DNA from: Bigelowiella natans CCMP2755
Lineage: Eukaryota; Protista; Cercozoa
Assembly: GCA_000320545.1 (NCBI GenBank)
Contig: ADNK01002090.1
Location: forward strand, 1 to 50,648
Reading direction: 5' to 3'
Length of the DNA stretch: 50,648 nt
In this document: in pieces, positions 25,321 through 36,241 of the stretch
Layout: every line of letters starts with the position of its first letter
How positions within the stretch are numbered: position 1 is the stretch's first letter
Made by a program: the position numbers and the translations under genes
The notes under the pieces: model-generated
Database searches by the model: none
Told to the model about the DNA's origin: nothing
Seen by the model: only the letters and a program-made list of their open reading frames with translations

Positions 25321-26760
25321 GTTTGGGCACATAGAATCTCTCGACAACATTGAGTCGCTAATTGTTGCATGATTCTCATCAGCTTGATGAAATGTGGATG
25401 GATCATTTTGACATGTGTTCGTTTGGCGAAACTGAACAAATGGCTTCCACAAGCGCGCCATCACGCAACCAAATCTGATGCACAACTGTGTTGGCTCAAA
25501 TCTGATCGTGTCGCGATGTGCCACACATTAGTAGCCTTGAAGCACTCGCCTCACTATGCACACCTGATCCATTCATCATGTGTGCAAACCTGCAACGAGT
25601 GTGATCGACATGCGGGTGCTCTGGTGCTCCAGCGCGGTGGCAGATCCACCGATGCTGGGATGGCCAGACGGCGAGGGCAGCCATCCTACTAGCATCACGG
25701 GATCACATCAGCTAGTCAGTCTAGCAGTCTAGTCGATGTTCCTGATTCTTGTTGTTGTTTTCTGTTTGCTCATTTTGCACGCCTAACAAGCTAGCAAGCA
25801 GGGCAAGAGCAAGGTCAGTACTCTCGCACTTGAAATCTCACCCACAACTAGACAACGCACTTTCGAAACCTCAGTGGTTTCATTGAGGGCTCAAAAATTG
25901 CGGAATGGAGCATCGCAGCGCGCAGGTGTTTGCTGCAAAAAAATGTGAAGTCTTCACCGGTCACTGCCCTTGCGACCATGCGACCGTGTTCTTTGCCATC
26001 TTCTCACTGGCAGTGCTGAGTGTCCGGCGATGGAGACGCGACCGCTCTGACCACTCTGGTCGATGTTTTCAGGCAGCACTGAAGACAGAGCCCAAACGAT
26101 CTAGCGATGCACAGGTGAGCGAAACATGCTCCGTTGCCTCTTTTTGTTTTCACGTTTTCCAACTGCCTGTCTAGTGCCAGCAGCTCCTGTTTGCCAACTT
26201 CAAACAACTCGAGCTGTTTCTTGCTACACATTGCCGACCACCAAACTCACTTGATTTTCCGAAGCAGGCGGCAGCAGCAGCAGCAGCGGCCAAGTTGGGT
26301 TTTCAGGAATCACTGGTGCGTCACAATGAGCATCATCAACTGCTAGAGTGTCCCGATTGTGATTGTGACAATCATCAAAACAAGTGAACAATGAACAAAC
26401 GTGGACAAGTGATCAAATGACATCACGCTGAAACAATGAAACAATGAAACAATGATGAAAAACTACATTTCCAAAGTGTTGCAAGACACTTGCAGCGTGC
26501 AAAATGCAGTGCCTCGAACTGGTTTCAGTGAGGACTGTGACTAGCAAATCAACTAGCTGGTTTGCCAAAATGGCATGACTTGGTCATTGAGAAGCAACGA
26601 CATTAGCAGCAAAATTCTGACGGCGCAAGACCTCCACTCTGAGCAAAAACTTCCTGAAGGCCATGTCCACATGACGATCTACGATTGGATCACTGCGAAA
26701 GTTTCTGAAATCAGCATGCCACTTCTTGACATTTTTCGCCCAGGATCACATTCTTCAGGC
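25321..26760. repeat. TpA-depleted intergenic island A, degenerate dispersed repeat
   Basis: 23 TpA in 1440 bp by hand count, 22 of them in CTA/TAG. It shares inverted homology with 41105-41167 and with 33853-33882. Confidence 0.75.
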
Positions 26761-26971
26761 GGGGTTCCGGATAATTGAACAAAAATTGTCCTATTCCAAA
26801 CCAAATCCATGCTGAAAGTGTTGTCGCGACATGAGAAGCCTGCCTATTCAAAGTGCCTTCTCAAGAAAAATATCTTTGATAGGTTGTCGCATTTGCAAAA
26901 TCCCATGGATTTAAATTCACATATCTCGTAACGAAACGCGCTTTTGCGCAAAAACCAAAGGAAGAGAGAAC

Positions 26972-29281
26972 ATGGGGTGCGGATCAAGCCTTCGAAAGCA
27001 ATACCCCGTTGAATGCAAGGGAGAATACCTACCTGACTACAAAGGAGATGGTCCCTTTTTCGTCATGGAGGCGGATGCCTGCCAGAAAATCCGCTACTCT
27101 GGAAAGGGCCCGGGCTCAAAGGAAGTAAACCCTGCACTGACTATCCATGGTCTTCTCGATCTCGCTGTAGAAAAGAATGGGGATAAGCTTGCCATGAGAG
27201 TGGAACGTGTGAAGGAGGAAGAAACCAAACGATGGGTTCCTCCACCAAAGGAGGTGACATCCCTCCCCGACAATGAATGGGTGACGTGGACCTACAAGCA
27301 GTACAAGGATGAGTGCGAGCTTGGAGCAAGAGCTTTGATGGCGATGGGAGTGCCACAGTTCGGAACGGTTGGAGTTTACGGATTCAATGCTCCGGAATGG
27401 TTTATGGCTGAAATTTCTACCATGCTCTGCGGAGCCAAAGTTGCAGGTATTTATCCATCAGACTCAGTGGAGAATGTGGTATTCAAGATGAAGCATTCCA
27501 AAGCTTCCGTGCTCGTCCTCGAGGACGAAGGAAAGCTCAAGCGTCTGCAACCCGGAAAAGATCTTGATGGAAAAGCTTTCAATCCTTTGGATGAGCTTCC
27601 TGACCTGAAGTACATCGTGGCTTGGGCTGCAAGTGATAAGTGTCCCAAGGAGCTTGAAGGGAAGTACGGTAAGGTGCCTGTTATCAGCTGGAAGCAATTC
27701 ACCGATATGGGAGAGAAAACCAAAGTGGAAGACCTTAAGGAACGCCAATCTAAGATTCAACCTGGTCACTGCTGCGCGCTCATTTACACTTCGGGAACCA
27801 CTGGTCGCCCAAAAGCTGTGATGATTAGCCATGATAACATTTTCTTTGACGCCGCTATCACTATGAGCTCCATCAAGAATTGTGGAATCGGAGGAGGAGG
27901 CCAGGAACGTGTCATCTCCTACCTTCCTCTTAGCCATGTTGCTGGTATGATGGTGGACATAATTTCTCCAATGTATCTGACGGCAAAGACGAACGGATAC
28001 ACCACGGTTTCTTTCGCACGTCCTTACGACCTCAAGGCAGGAACTATGGGTCATCGTCTGCGTGCCGTGAAGCCAACCCTGTTCCTTGGGGTACCGCGTG
28101 TGTGGGAGAAGGTTGCTGACAAGGTTAAGGCTGCCGGTAAGGCTAACACGGGCTTCAAGAAGTGGGTAGGAGAGTTTATGAAGCCGCGAATGCTTGCCAA
28201 CTCCAAGGGAATGGGCTTGTACAACGAGCCCGCTTCTCCCTCGGGGCTCACCATGGCCAAGTATTTCTCCAAGAAGGTGCAGGCGCAACTTGGCCTTTCC
28301 GAACTGAAGTACGCTGCGACTGCCGCAGCCCCTATCCAGACCGACACCCTGGAGTACTACGGTTCCCTCGGAATTCTCGTCAAGGAGGTGTACGGAATGT
28401 CCGAGTGCTCCGGCGCCACGACTATCTCGCGCGATGATGCACATATTTGGGGGTCTGTCGGCTTTGCTACCCCAGGTACAGAATTCAAGGTGCTAAAGGA
28501 AGGAAAGGACGGCAAGTTCGAAGAGGTACCTCGCGCAAAGGATATCTTCAACGCCACTGAGGAGGAGCAGGGCGAGCTGTGCTACCGTGGCCGTCACGTC
28601 ATGATGGGCTACCTTGCTAATCCCGATTTCAAGGAGGATGGCGGCACCGAGTGGGCAAAGAAGAAGAACGAGAGCGCAATTGACGCGAACGGCTGGCTTC
28701 ACTCAGGCGACAAGGGCTGCATGGACAAGCACGGAATGATCAAGATCACCGGTAGATACAAAGAGCTTATCATCGGTGCTGGCGGGGAGAATGTTGCCCC
28801 TGTGCCTATCGAGAACAACGTGAAAAAACTTGAACCAGCTATTTCAAACTGTATGATGTTCGGCGATAAGAAGAAGTTCAACATTGCACTTGTGACGCTG
28901 AAGGTCGAGGGTGCTACAGGTGAGGAAGCCGGCGGCAATAAACTAACTTCACTTTCCAAGATCGTGGACGGGGTGGAGACAGTGCAGGACGCTATGAACA
29001 ACAAGGAATATATCGACAAGATTATGGCTGCCTTCGTTGAAACTAACAAGAACCCCAAGGTTTGCCCAAAATCTGCTGCGAAAATTGGACGCTTTACCAT
29101 CCTGCCAACGGACTTCTCCACCAACGGCGGAGAGCTGACCGCAACGCTCAAACTCAAGCGCTCTGTCGTGGCAAAGCAGTACGCAGATGCCATTGAAAAG
29201 ATTTATGCTGCAAAACTGGAAAAGGGCCAGGCGTATGTTAACGTTTTCGGCAAATCAGACAAGGAAGCAGAAAAAGTCTAA
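26972..29281 (+). CDS. Long-chain fatty acyl-CoA synthetase, bubblegum (ACSBG)-like, 769 aa, intronless
   Basis: AMP-binding motifs YTSGTTGRPK, SYLPLSHVAG, FLGVPRVWEK, YGMSE, GWLHSGD, GRYKELIIGAGGENVAP and GELTATLKLKR. Confidence 0.96.
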   Translation: MGCGSSLRKQYPVECKGEYLPDYKGDGPFFVMEADACQKIRYSGKGPGSKEVNPALTIHGLLDLAVEKNGDKLAMRVERVKEEETKRWVPPPKEVTSLPDNEWVTWTYKQYKDECELGARALMAMGVPQFGTVGVYGFNAPEWFMAEISTMLCGAKVAGIYPSDSVENVVFKMKHSKASVLVLEDEGKLKRLQPGKDLDGKAFNPLDELPDLKYIVAWAASDKCPKELEGKYGKVPVISWKQFTDMGEKTKVEDLKERQSKIQPGHCCALIYTSGTTGRPKAVMISHDNIFFDAAITMSSIKNCGIGGGGQERVISYLPLSHVAGMMVDIISPMYLTAKTNGYTTVSFARPYDLKAGTMGHRLRAVKPTLFLGVPRVWEKVADKVKAAGKANTGFKKWVGEFMKPRMLANSKGMGLYNEPASPSGLTMAKYFSKKVQAQLGLSELKYAATAAAPIQTDTLEYYGSLGILVKEVYGMSECSGATTISRDDAHIWGSVGFATPGTEFKVLKEGKDGKFEEVPRAKDIFNATEEEQGELCYRGRHVMMGYLANPDFKEDGGTEWAKKKNESAIDANGWLHSGDKGCMDKHGMIKITGRYKELIIGAGGENVAPVPIENNVKKLEPAISNCMMFGDKKKFNIALVTLKVEGATGEEAGGNKLTSLSKIVDGVETVQDAMNNKEYIDKIMAAFVETNKNPKVCPKSAAKIGRFTILPTDFSTNGGELTATLKLKRSVVAKQYADAIEKIYAAKLEKGQAYVNVFGKSDKEAEKV

Positions 29282-30007
29282 TTGTAATATAAGCATCTGC
29301 AGACGAGGCAATTATTGTGTGGCGCAGGATAACCAGCGAGTCTCGCGGAGAATGTGCGTTCGAACTATCCAGTCGCATGTATATATGACTTCAAGCTACC
29401 TGCCAATATTGCGTGTTTGCTTCCAAATGCTCAACATGAACCCAATTATGTTTCCTATTTACATAGATTTAATTCAAATTGGAGGTTAATAAACGTCTAC
29501 AAATGGTGCTGCACAATGCTAGAATGTACGCTAGTAGATATGTGCACGTCATAAAGTGCACATCTAGACATGCACATAAATGTGCGTAAATGCGCATGTG
29601 CGTGCATACATTTGTTCGCTAGTGTGAATGTGTGATGTTCATGTGTAGCCTACGCTCATACAGCTGCAAGACGGATGCAATGCTGTAACAGAGTAATCAA
29701 ATCTTTCAATTGTTGTCCGGATGTAGCTGAGCAAAGAAGATTCGGTGCCAAAATTCGGTGTTGCTGCATTTGGTGCTCCAGCGCCATGCCATGCACAGCA
29801 TCTCAATATTTGAGCTCAACGCTCCGCCTGGGGGCAAGACTGCTACATATTTACATCATCACATGATTTTGAGACATGCTACAACATCAAAGCTGGATTT
29901 GCTGTCAAATTTTATAGATAATCGCGTTTGACGATGGAACTAGCAGTGGCCACTCTTACGCCAGCAAATAGCAGCAGCGGAAGCCTGTGAACTAAGAGAA
30001 CTGCCAC

Positions 30008-31841
30008 CTAAACGAAGCTTCCTATGTATCCCCTTGCTATTTGAAAATCAATTTTGAGATAATCTGCCAGCTCTTCATAATCCACCACAGTCTCCACCTC
30101 GTAACAAGAGTTGATTCAAAATTCAAAATAGCTCTCAAATTTTACATTAGCATATTTGACAAAAACTTCTCAACAACCCTTTCGTTACATAGATACCTGT
30201 CTTATTAGCGTCTTCTTTCCATTTACTTCTCTATACATCGCAAATTTGTCCAGCTCTAGAAGCTCGCGAACATTTTCTACAAATAGTATCATGGTATCAT
30301 AGTATCATTAAATGTTTTTTCTTAAAGGTTATTTTTTTAACAATACCAGTTAGTCCCTCAGAAACGAAATACAAACAATCATTAGCAAAAATCATCAAAA
30401 GTATTCTACCGGCAATAAATTGACGACCGTAATCGTCACTATTATTCTTAAAATTAAGAAATATGAAGAAATCGCAATAGCGCAGCTCCGCCACTGCTAA
30501 TAACTGACAATTATGTTTCAAAATAAGATATATTCCGGGATGCTCTTAATTTTTACCTTGTGAATTTCCGTTCGATCCTCAGCGAAGGTGGAATCATAGG
30601 AATGTGAAGAATAACTTATAATGTATTGCATTAGATATTGCTATATCTCATCTCAAAGCAAGTTTTACCTTGACATATCTATGGTGTAGATGACAGTATC
30701 TAAATGACAGGGAGAGATCTTAAAAATATGGTTTTACAACAGTCATTATGGTGAAATGGCATGTTATACCAAACTTCACAGTTCTGTAAACTGCCCTCCA
30801 AGTCTCCTCCCTCTTTTGAGACCAGCATCTTTTGAGGTTTTAGATATTTACTTTACAATGAAGACAAAATTAACCTGGACGAACGAGCCTCCGCAGTCGT
30901 ATAATTCCATGACCTTATTGTGCAAGGAAAAATCGTTTAAATATGAGATTGATTTCCATAGAAATAGGCGTACCTGCCACACGTTGAACGTAATCTGTTC
31001 ATTGTTGATTCCTTTGAAAGAACAAAGTTTATATTCAATGATGAATGGATGGTCTACTGGTCTCTAGAAAAAAATCTGACGATCGGTCGAATTACGTTCT
31101 CAGTTATTGCTCGATGTCATGCCGACATCATACCTTGAGTTCTATTTGTGACAAATAGGTTCGAGATATTCTCAAATCCGTCCTCGCCACCACTATCAAT
31201 AACTTCTCTTGTTTTTTTCCTTGATGCTTGTGGCTAAATTGGATAGTTCTAGTTCAACTTCAATGCTTTATTCCTTAAAATTCGTATAATTAGCGTGAGA
31301 ACCAACCCCAGCATGCGACGAAATGAACATTGTCTTCATCAACGTGGTTTTCCCGCTACCCTAAAAATAATGTAAAAATTTAAAGAGGGCCCTTTCTCTG
31401 CAAAGGGTCAAGGTTTTGGGGTTAAAACCATATTGCTTATTTTTGCAACTGCGTTCTGACTTTGTTTTCCTATTATTTCTTGCTCTACCTCTCTTCCCAC
31501 GAGTAGGATTTGGTGTATAGGCGCCACATAGCAACTAGAGAGTGCAAAGATATAAATTTGTATTATTAATCATAAGATAAAAACTTACCATGGCAGGCAT
31601 CGAAAGCATTTAAAGATATCCGTTCCCTAAATGTTAGATTCTCACATTTCTCCCCCCACATATACGAATAAAATAAAAGGATAAGTTGGTAACCATCCGT
31701 TGTCCCTCACAGCAATATTTGTTTTCGCCTCTGTGATATGAAGGTTAGACGAAAGGAACGTTAGTGTCTGCTACAAATCGGTCGATCGTACAAAAGTAAC
31801 CTGCAGCATGTACTGGAACTTAAGCAACTTTTGCATCCCAT
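30008..31841 (-). CDS. Divergent Arf/Arl-like P-loop GTPase, about 14 small exons; 5' end may extend upstream
   Basis: Spliced: MGCKSCLSSSTCCR|GENKYCCEGQRM|GTDIFKCFRCLPC|CYVAPIHQILLVGRE|GSGKTTLMKTM..ITFNVWQ|VMELYDCGGSFVQ|..DTVIYTIDMS..FAEDRTEIHK|LLAVAELRYCDFFIFLNFKN..VRELLELDKF..|VETVVDYEELADYL..FV*. G1, G3 and G4-like elements occur in Arf order. Confidence 0.68.
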
Positions 31842-32919
31842 TCGACTCATTTTCTTGTCTTTTAGCGTCCACCTATTTCGTACTCGATCGCGCTATAGAG
31901 AAAGAGGTCTCTTACCATTTGCATACAGCTTTATGTAATAATGTACGTCCTGGTTGAGATATCCAAGCTCTTTATTGAAGAATATTTTGGCCCAGAAACT
32001 TATTGTTATTGCAAACGTAACGATATAGATTCGCAATCAATTACAACGATAAAGGAAGCATTGCTTTCATGATATAAATATATAGAAATCCTGAACGTGC
32101 GTACGTGCATCGTGGTGCGCAACAAATTCCTCTAATTCCCGTCCATTTCACCGAGGTTCCCAAAGGATCCTGCATTGAAGGGGGAGCAGATGCTGTTCAG
32201 GAGTAAATAGAGTATCCTGTGTGATGGAAGTCCTCACAGACTTTGCACCATTAAATCTTTTTGACTCATTCATACCAGCAAGCAAAGATACTGTGACACG
32301 GAGTAGTTTGACCCCATCACAGTTCCATAGCACTTGGAGGCGGTTGGATTTCTGGCATTTCAGCAAATTTGAGTGACCTTTCGGACATCAGTTGTCGCAC
32401 CTAGAAAAAGGAGGTAGTTCTACTTGCAAAAGAAAGTCTTTCCATTCTATGTAAATTGGTCTCTCTAAACTATGTCGCTTTTTCAAATGCAAGGGCACGA
32501 TGACCATATGAGGCGAACCTAGGTTTTGTCACGAGGGTATCCAGACTACCATCATTTTACTTCTAACTTTCACTCACATGCATGTGTCGCGTAGCAAAAC
32601 GAACATCCACTTTTGTACATCGAAGAAGATGAGTGAGCAGCATGGGTCTTAAAACAACAACATCATAGGAAACAATCTGGAGTCCGGACATTGTGGAGAT
32701 GATCTTCTGATTCCCACGCGCTTCGATGGCCAAGAAAGGAAACAAGAAACTAGTCGTAGGCCACAAATCGGAGCCTTTTCTCGCTTTGTGATGCTCTGCA
32801 TCATCAGACCAAATAGCTGCACAGCAGATTCCACACCGATCATTCTCACGCCCTTCTCACGATTGACGAGCGATTAAGCCATTGATCCAACAAACATCAA
32901 GAAATTCAATAATCATAAA

Positions 32920-33423
32920 TTGGAATCTGTTCCCTCTATTGCATCGTTGACTTGTTCTTTACCCTCATCAAGATTTGCTTCATCTGTCATCCAGCGCATG
33001 CTTTCTTGCCATTTTCGCATTTTGGCTTTGGTCTTGAACTTAGTCTTTACCCATCCCGCACTTGCTATCACTATTTTTGCGCTACTTTTGGGAATTACTT
33101 CAGTCCTTTTGACAGCCAGTGCTCGACAATATACTCACCAGCTGGACGTTATTAGTCTTGAGATCAAATGCATTGGGAAATCAATTGAAGACATCGAAAA
33201 CGCATTCCATTCCTTTTTCAGATTTTTCGTGCACTGTGATCTTTTGCAATTGGAAAAGGGATTTACCTTCACAGGGTGGACACGCATTTCTGATGAAACA
33301 CTCTTAACTGAATTGGTCAAATGCGTGTATCACTCGAGCAATGATTACAAAATCAAGTCGTATTCAATTGAAATATCTGCCGACCGCAACTTGAAATGCA
33401 TCAACCTAAATGGTGGACATTGA
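32920..33423 (+). other. Intronless 167-codon ORF of unknown origin, possible mobile or foreign remnant
   Basis: Non-repetitive ORF with a hydrophobic N-terminal half (first ATG at 32998), inside the partly TpA-depleted intergenic tract. No recognised domain. Confidence 0.25.
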
Positions 33424-33540
33424 AGTAGCAACATGACAACAAAGAACATTTCAACAGATATTTTAGGAGAAACATCATGGACAAAGTGGTGTGCTCCATA
33501 CTCCATTTCACACACACTCACACATACGTGTTTTATGGAA

Positions 33541-34286
33541 TCGAGTGTCTTTTAGTGGCAATCACTGGCTAGCTAGCTGCTAGCTGCTAGTGGGCTGCAA
33601 TAGTCTAGGCGATCGCAGATCGTGAACTGGCTAGCTGGACACTTTGCAAATTTTCGGCATTGTCATTAATTTAATCATCGATGTTCATCTCGGAAGCACA
33701 CCGCTAGACCGCCAGACGGCAGCTGATGAATGGATTTGTTCAACCTGCTACGTGTTGTGTGCATGCCATCTACGTTGTGTCCACAATTGTGAACACCAAG
33801 AACGACCGGCAACACTGGAATGATGCATCAAACTAGCAAAGACATTTGATCTAAGAACATTGACTGCTAGACTGGCTAGCTGCTAATGAATTTTCAGCAC
33901 ATCAAATGGTGTGATTTTTTTGTCGAATGTTTCTTGTTCTAGTTTGGTTAGTTTCAATCTTTCTTCATCTATTTTTATTCTCTCACAATTTTTGAGAGTG
34001 ATTTGGTCAGGAAACATGCTAGCATGGCGCCGATGGTTTGGAAATGAAATGTGGAGTGTGGCCCACAAGCGGCGGCACCGCTCTAGCGCTGCTATCTTCA
34101 ATAATTGCGCATCGACCAGCTAGCCAGCTTCTCTTTGATGTCAATTCAAGTTAGCAAGTCTGTCTGATTCGATCATGCATGGCTAGATGGTGATGTTCAC
34201 AACAGCGCATCATTGCTAGATTGTTCCTCGCAACGTTTGCAAAAAAATGGAAAATCTGAATTTTCACAAGATGACATGTCAACACG
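33541..34286. repeat. TpA-depleted intergenic island B
   Basis: About 31 TpA in 33541-34290, 27 of them in CTA/TAG, with (GCTA)n runs. GAACATTGACTGCTAGACTGGCTAGCTG resembles the reverse complement of 25709-25741. Confidence 0.65.
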
Positions 34287-35236
34287 CTAGTACGGAGGAG
34301 GTGGCGCATTGGGGTCAGGATTACGTCTTGTTGCGATGCTAGAATCCTGGGCCTCACCAATGCTACTGTCATGAGCTATTGCACTGCTGCCTTCATCAAC
34401 AACTTTAGATGATCCCAAATTATCGCTTGCTTGGCTGCCACTAGTGCCTCCACTGGTTTCTACTTTAGACTGCGAAGAAGACATAGGAGTAGAGGAACCA
34501 GTCGACGCGACAGATAATCCACTACCAACTGCAGTGGTACCAGGTGTCATAGTAGAGCTTGCAATGCTACGCTCGCTAATTACCATTATCACAGATAGTA
34601 TTTCTGTCAGCTGATACACCACTTGCGCTATATGTGAGTGTTTCTTAACAAACGAGATCAAGTAACTACAGCCGTGTACATCCTTCAATTATGTGATCTT
34701 GATTCTCCAACCCGCCTCCCCCCCCCCCCCCTCTCCCATCTTCTTTCTGTTATTTACACTCGAGATGACACGTACCTGGATGTCCATTCAGCCTTTCGTC
34801 GCTGCTCCTCCAGCAAAGCTCTCCGTTCTCTCTTTCCCGCGTCAATACCAATCTCAGCAGCCTAATTTGCGCAAAAACCATACATCAGATGAAAAATGTG
34901 TAGGAGACACGAATATTGGGCTTTATTTATGGAAAGGTACCTCGTCAATATCCTCTGCATATTTCCATAGAGGGAGGATATCAAATGGCTCTTCGATCAT
35001 CACGCCTTTGATTACCAGCAATCAACGCAAACAACACCTTAACTCGCTAGTGATTCTTATTACATGACAACGTTTGTAGTAGTAAAGATCCTTTCGAAAA
35101 TTACATTATTCAGGCGCTCTGTGATTTGTCTTAATGGTGTAATCATCAGGAGAGGCCGCAAAGGCTGCTTCTACCGGGCATTGCATTTGCCACTATCATC
35201 ATATTTGTTGTGGAACACAACTTACATACATTCCTC

Positions 35237-35288
<52 letters not shown>

Positions 35289-35944
35289 CCAATGTCCTCA
35301 ATCGCGAGCATCGAGTATGAGATCACAAGAGTCGCCGGTAGTGTCGCTGGACCTTTTATCATTGTCAAACAAAAGAAGGCTAATCAAGAAAAATCTTTCT
35401 CGTGCAAATCAGGCGACTAGGTGCTAAAATAATCGTAGGCTAAGTAATCGTTAAAGTGACCCGAAATTGTACCATGGCTACTATCATAATCATAAGCTAC
35501 TACTACCGAGCATAGGCCATAAAGCAAGAGGAAGAGTTATTGTCCATATCGACACCTGTTAAAGTGAAGAGTGATACGAGAAACGTGAGGTTACCTATGG
35601 CAATGCTATCCGACAGTAACTGATGTCTTTGATGAGGGCGGTGTCACACACAAACTATCATGCGATTCCATTCAGTGGATGACCCAAAAACAACAATCAA
35701 ATCATACGAAGAGATATGCCGATGTGCGGCTTTTGTTTCGGACTCCTAAATTGAATGGGGGAGTCTAGCACGGTAGCAGCAGCACACACCAATCTGCTTG
35801 TATGACGGGTGTACGATGTCGGAATAGGATGCCTGTGATGATGATGATGATGATGATGATGATCATAACAATGATAAAAGTATAGATGATGATCCTACGA
35901 TATTATGCATGTCACTCCCCCCCCCTCCCTCTCATCTCTCTCTT

Positions 35945-36010
<66 letters not shown>

Positions 36011-36198
36011 TAAATGTGTGGGTGAATGTTCATTCCTCCAGCAAGCGAAAAGTAAAAAGCTCACACCTCAGAATTCGCTCGCACTGCTCTAAATTTATTC
36101 CAAGCTCGCGTATCTTTGAAGGGATGGGCGAGGAAGAGGGAGAGGAGGAAGATATAAGAACATGTATATTTCGTCCGATTTGTATGCGCGCGCGTGTA

Positions 36199-36241
<43 letters not shown>

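Noticed and set aside
25321-26760. Fungal-type RIP or CpG methylation decay as the cause of the island composition
   Set aside because: RIP would raise TpA and methyl-CpG decay would remove CpG. Here TpA is lost and CpG is retained.
27464-28444. 326-aa minus-strand ORF
   Set aside because: Antisense shadow of the codon-biased acyl-CoA synthetase; no motifs of its own.
8285-31841. Signalling gene cluster (7TM, EF-hand, GTPase)
   Set aside because: These are large common families interspersed with unrelated housekeeping genes; no evidence of co-regulation.
31916-31950. Ankyrin repeat (GRTLLHKAV) upstream of the GTPase
   Set aside because: A single short match with no second repeat. It may be an upstream exon, but a domain call is unsupported.
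34272-34291. Helitron 3' end (TGACATGTCA palindrome then CTAG|T)
   Set aside because: The hairpin is short and AT-rich, CTAG is ubiquitous in these islands, and this one is explained as the bestrophin stop codon.
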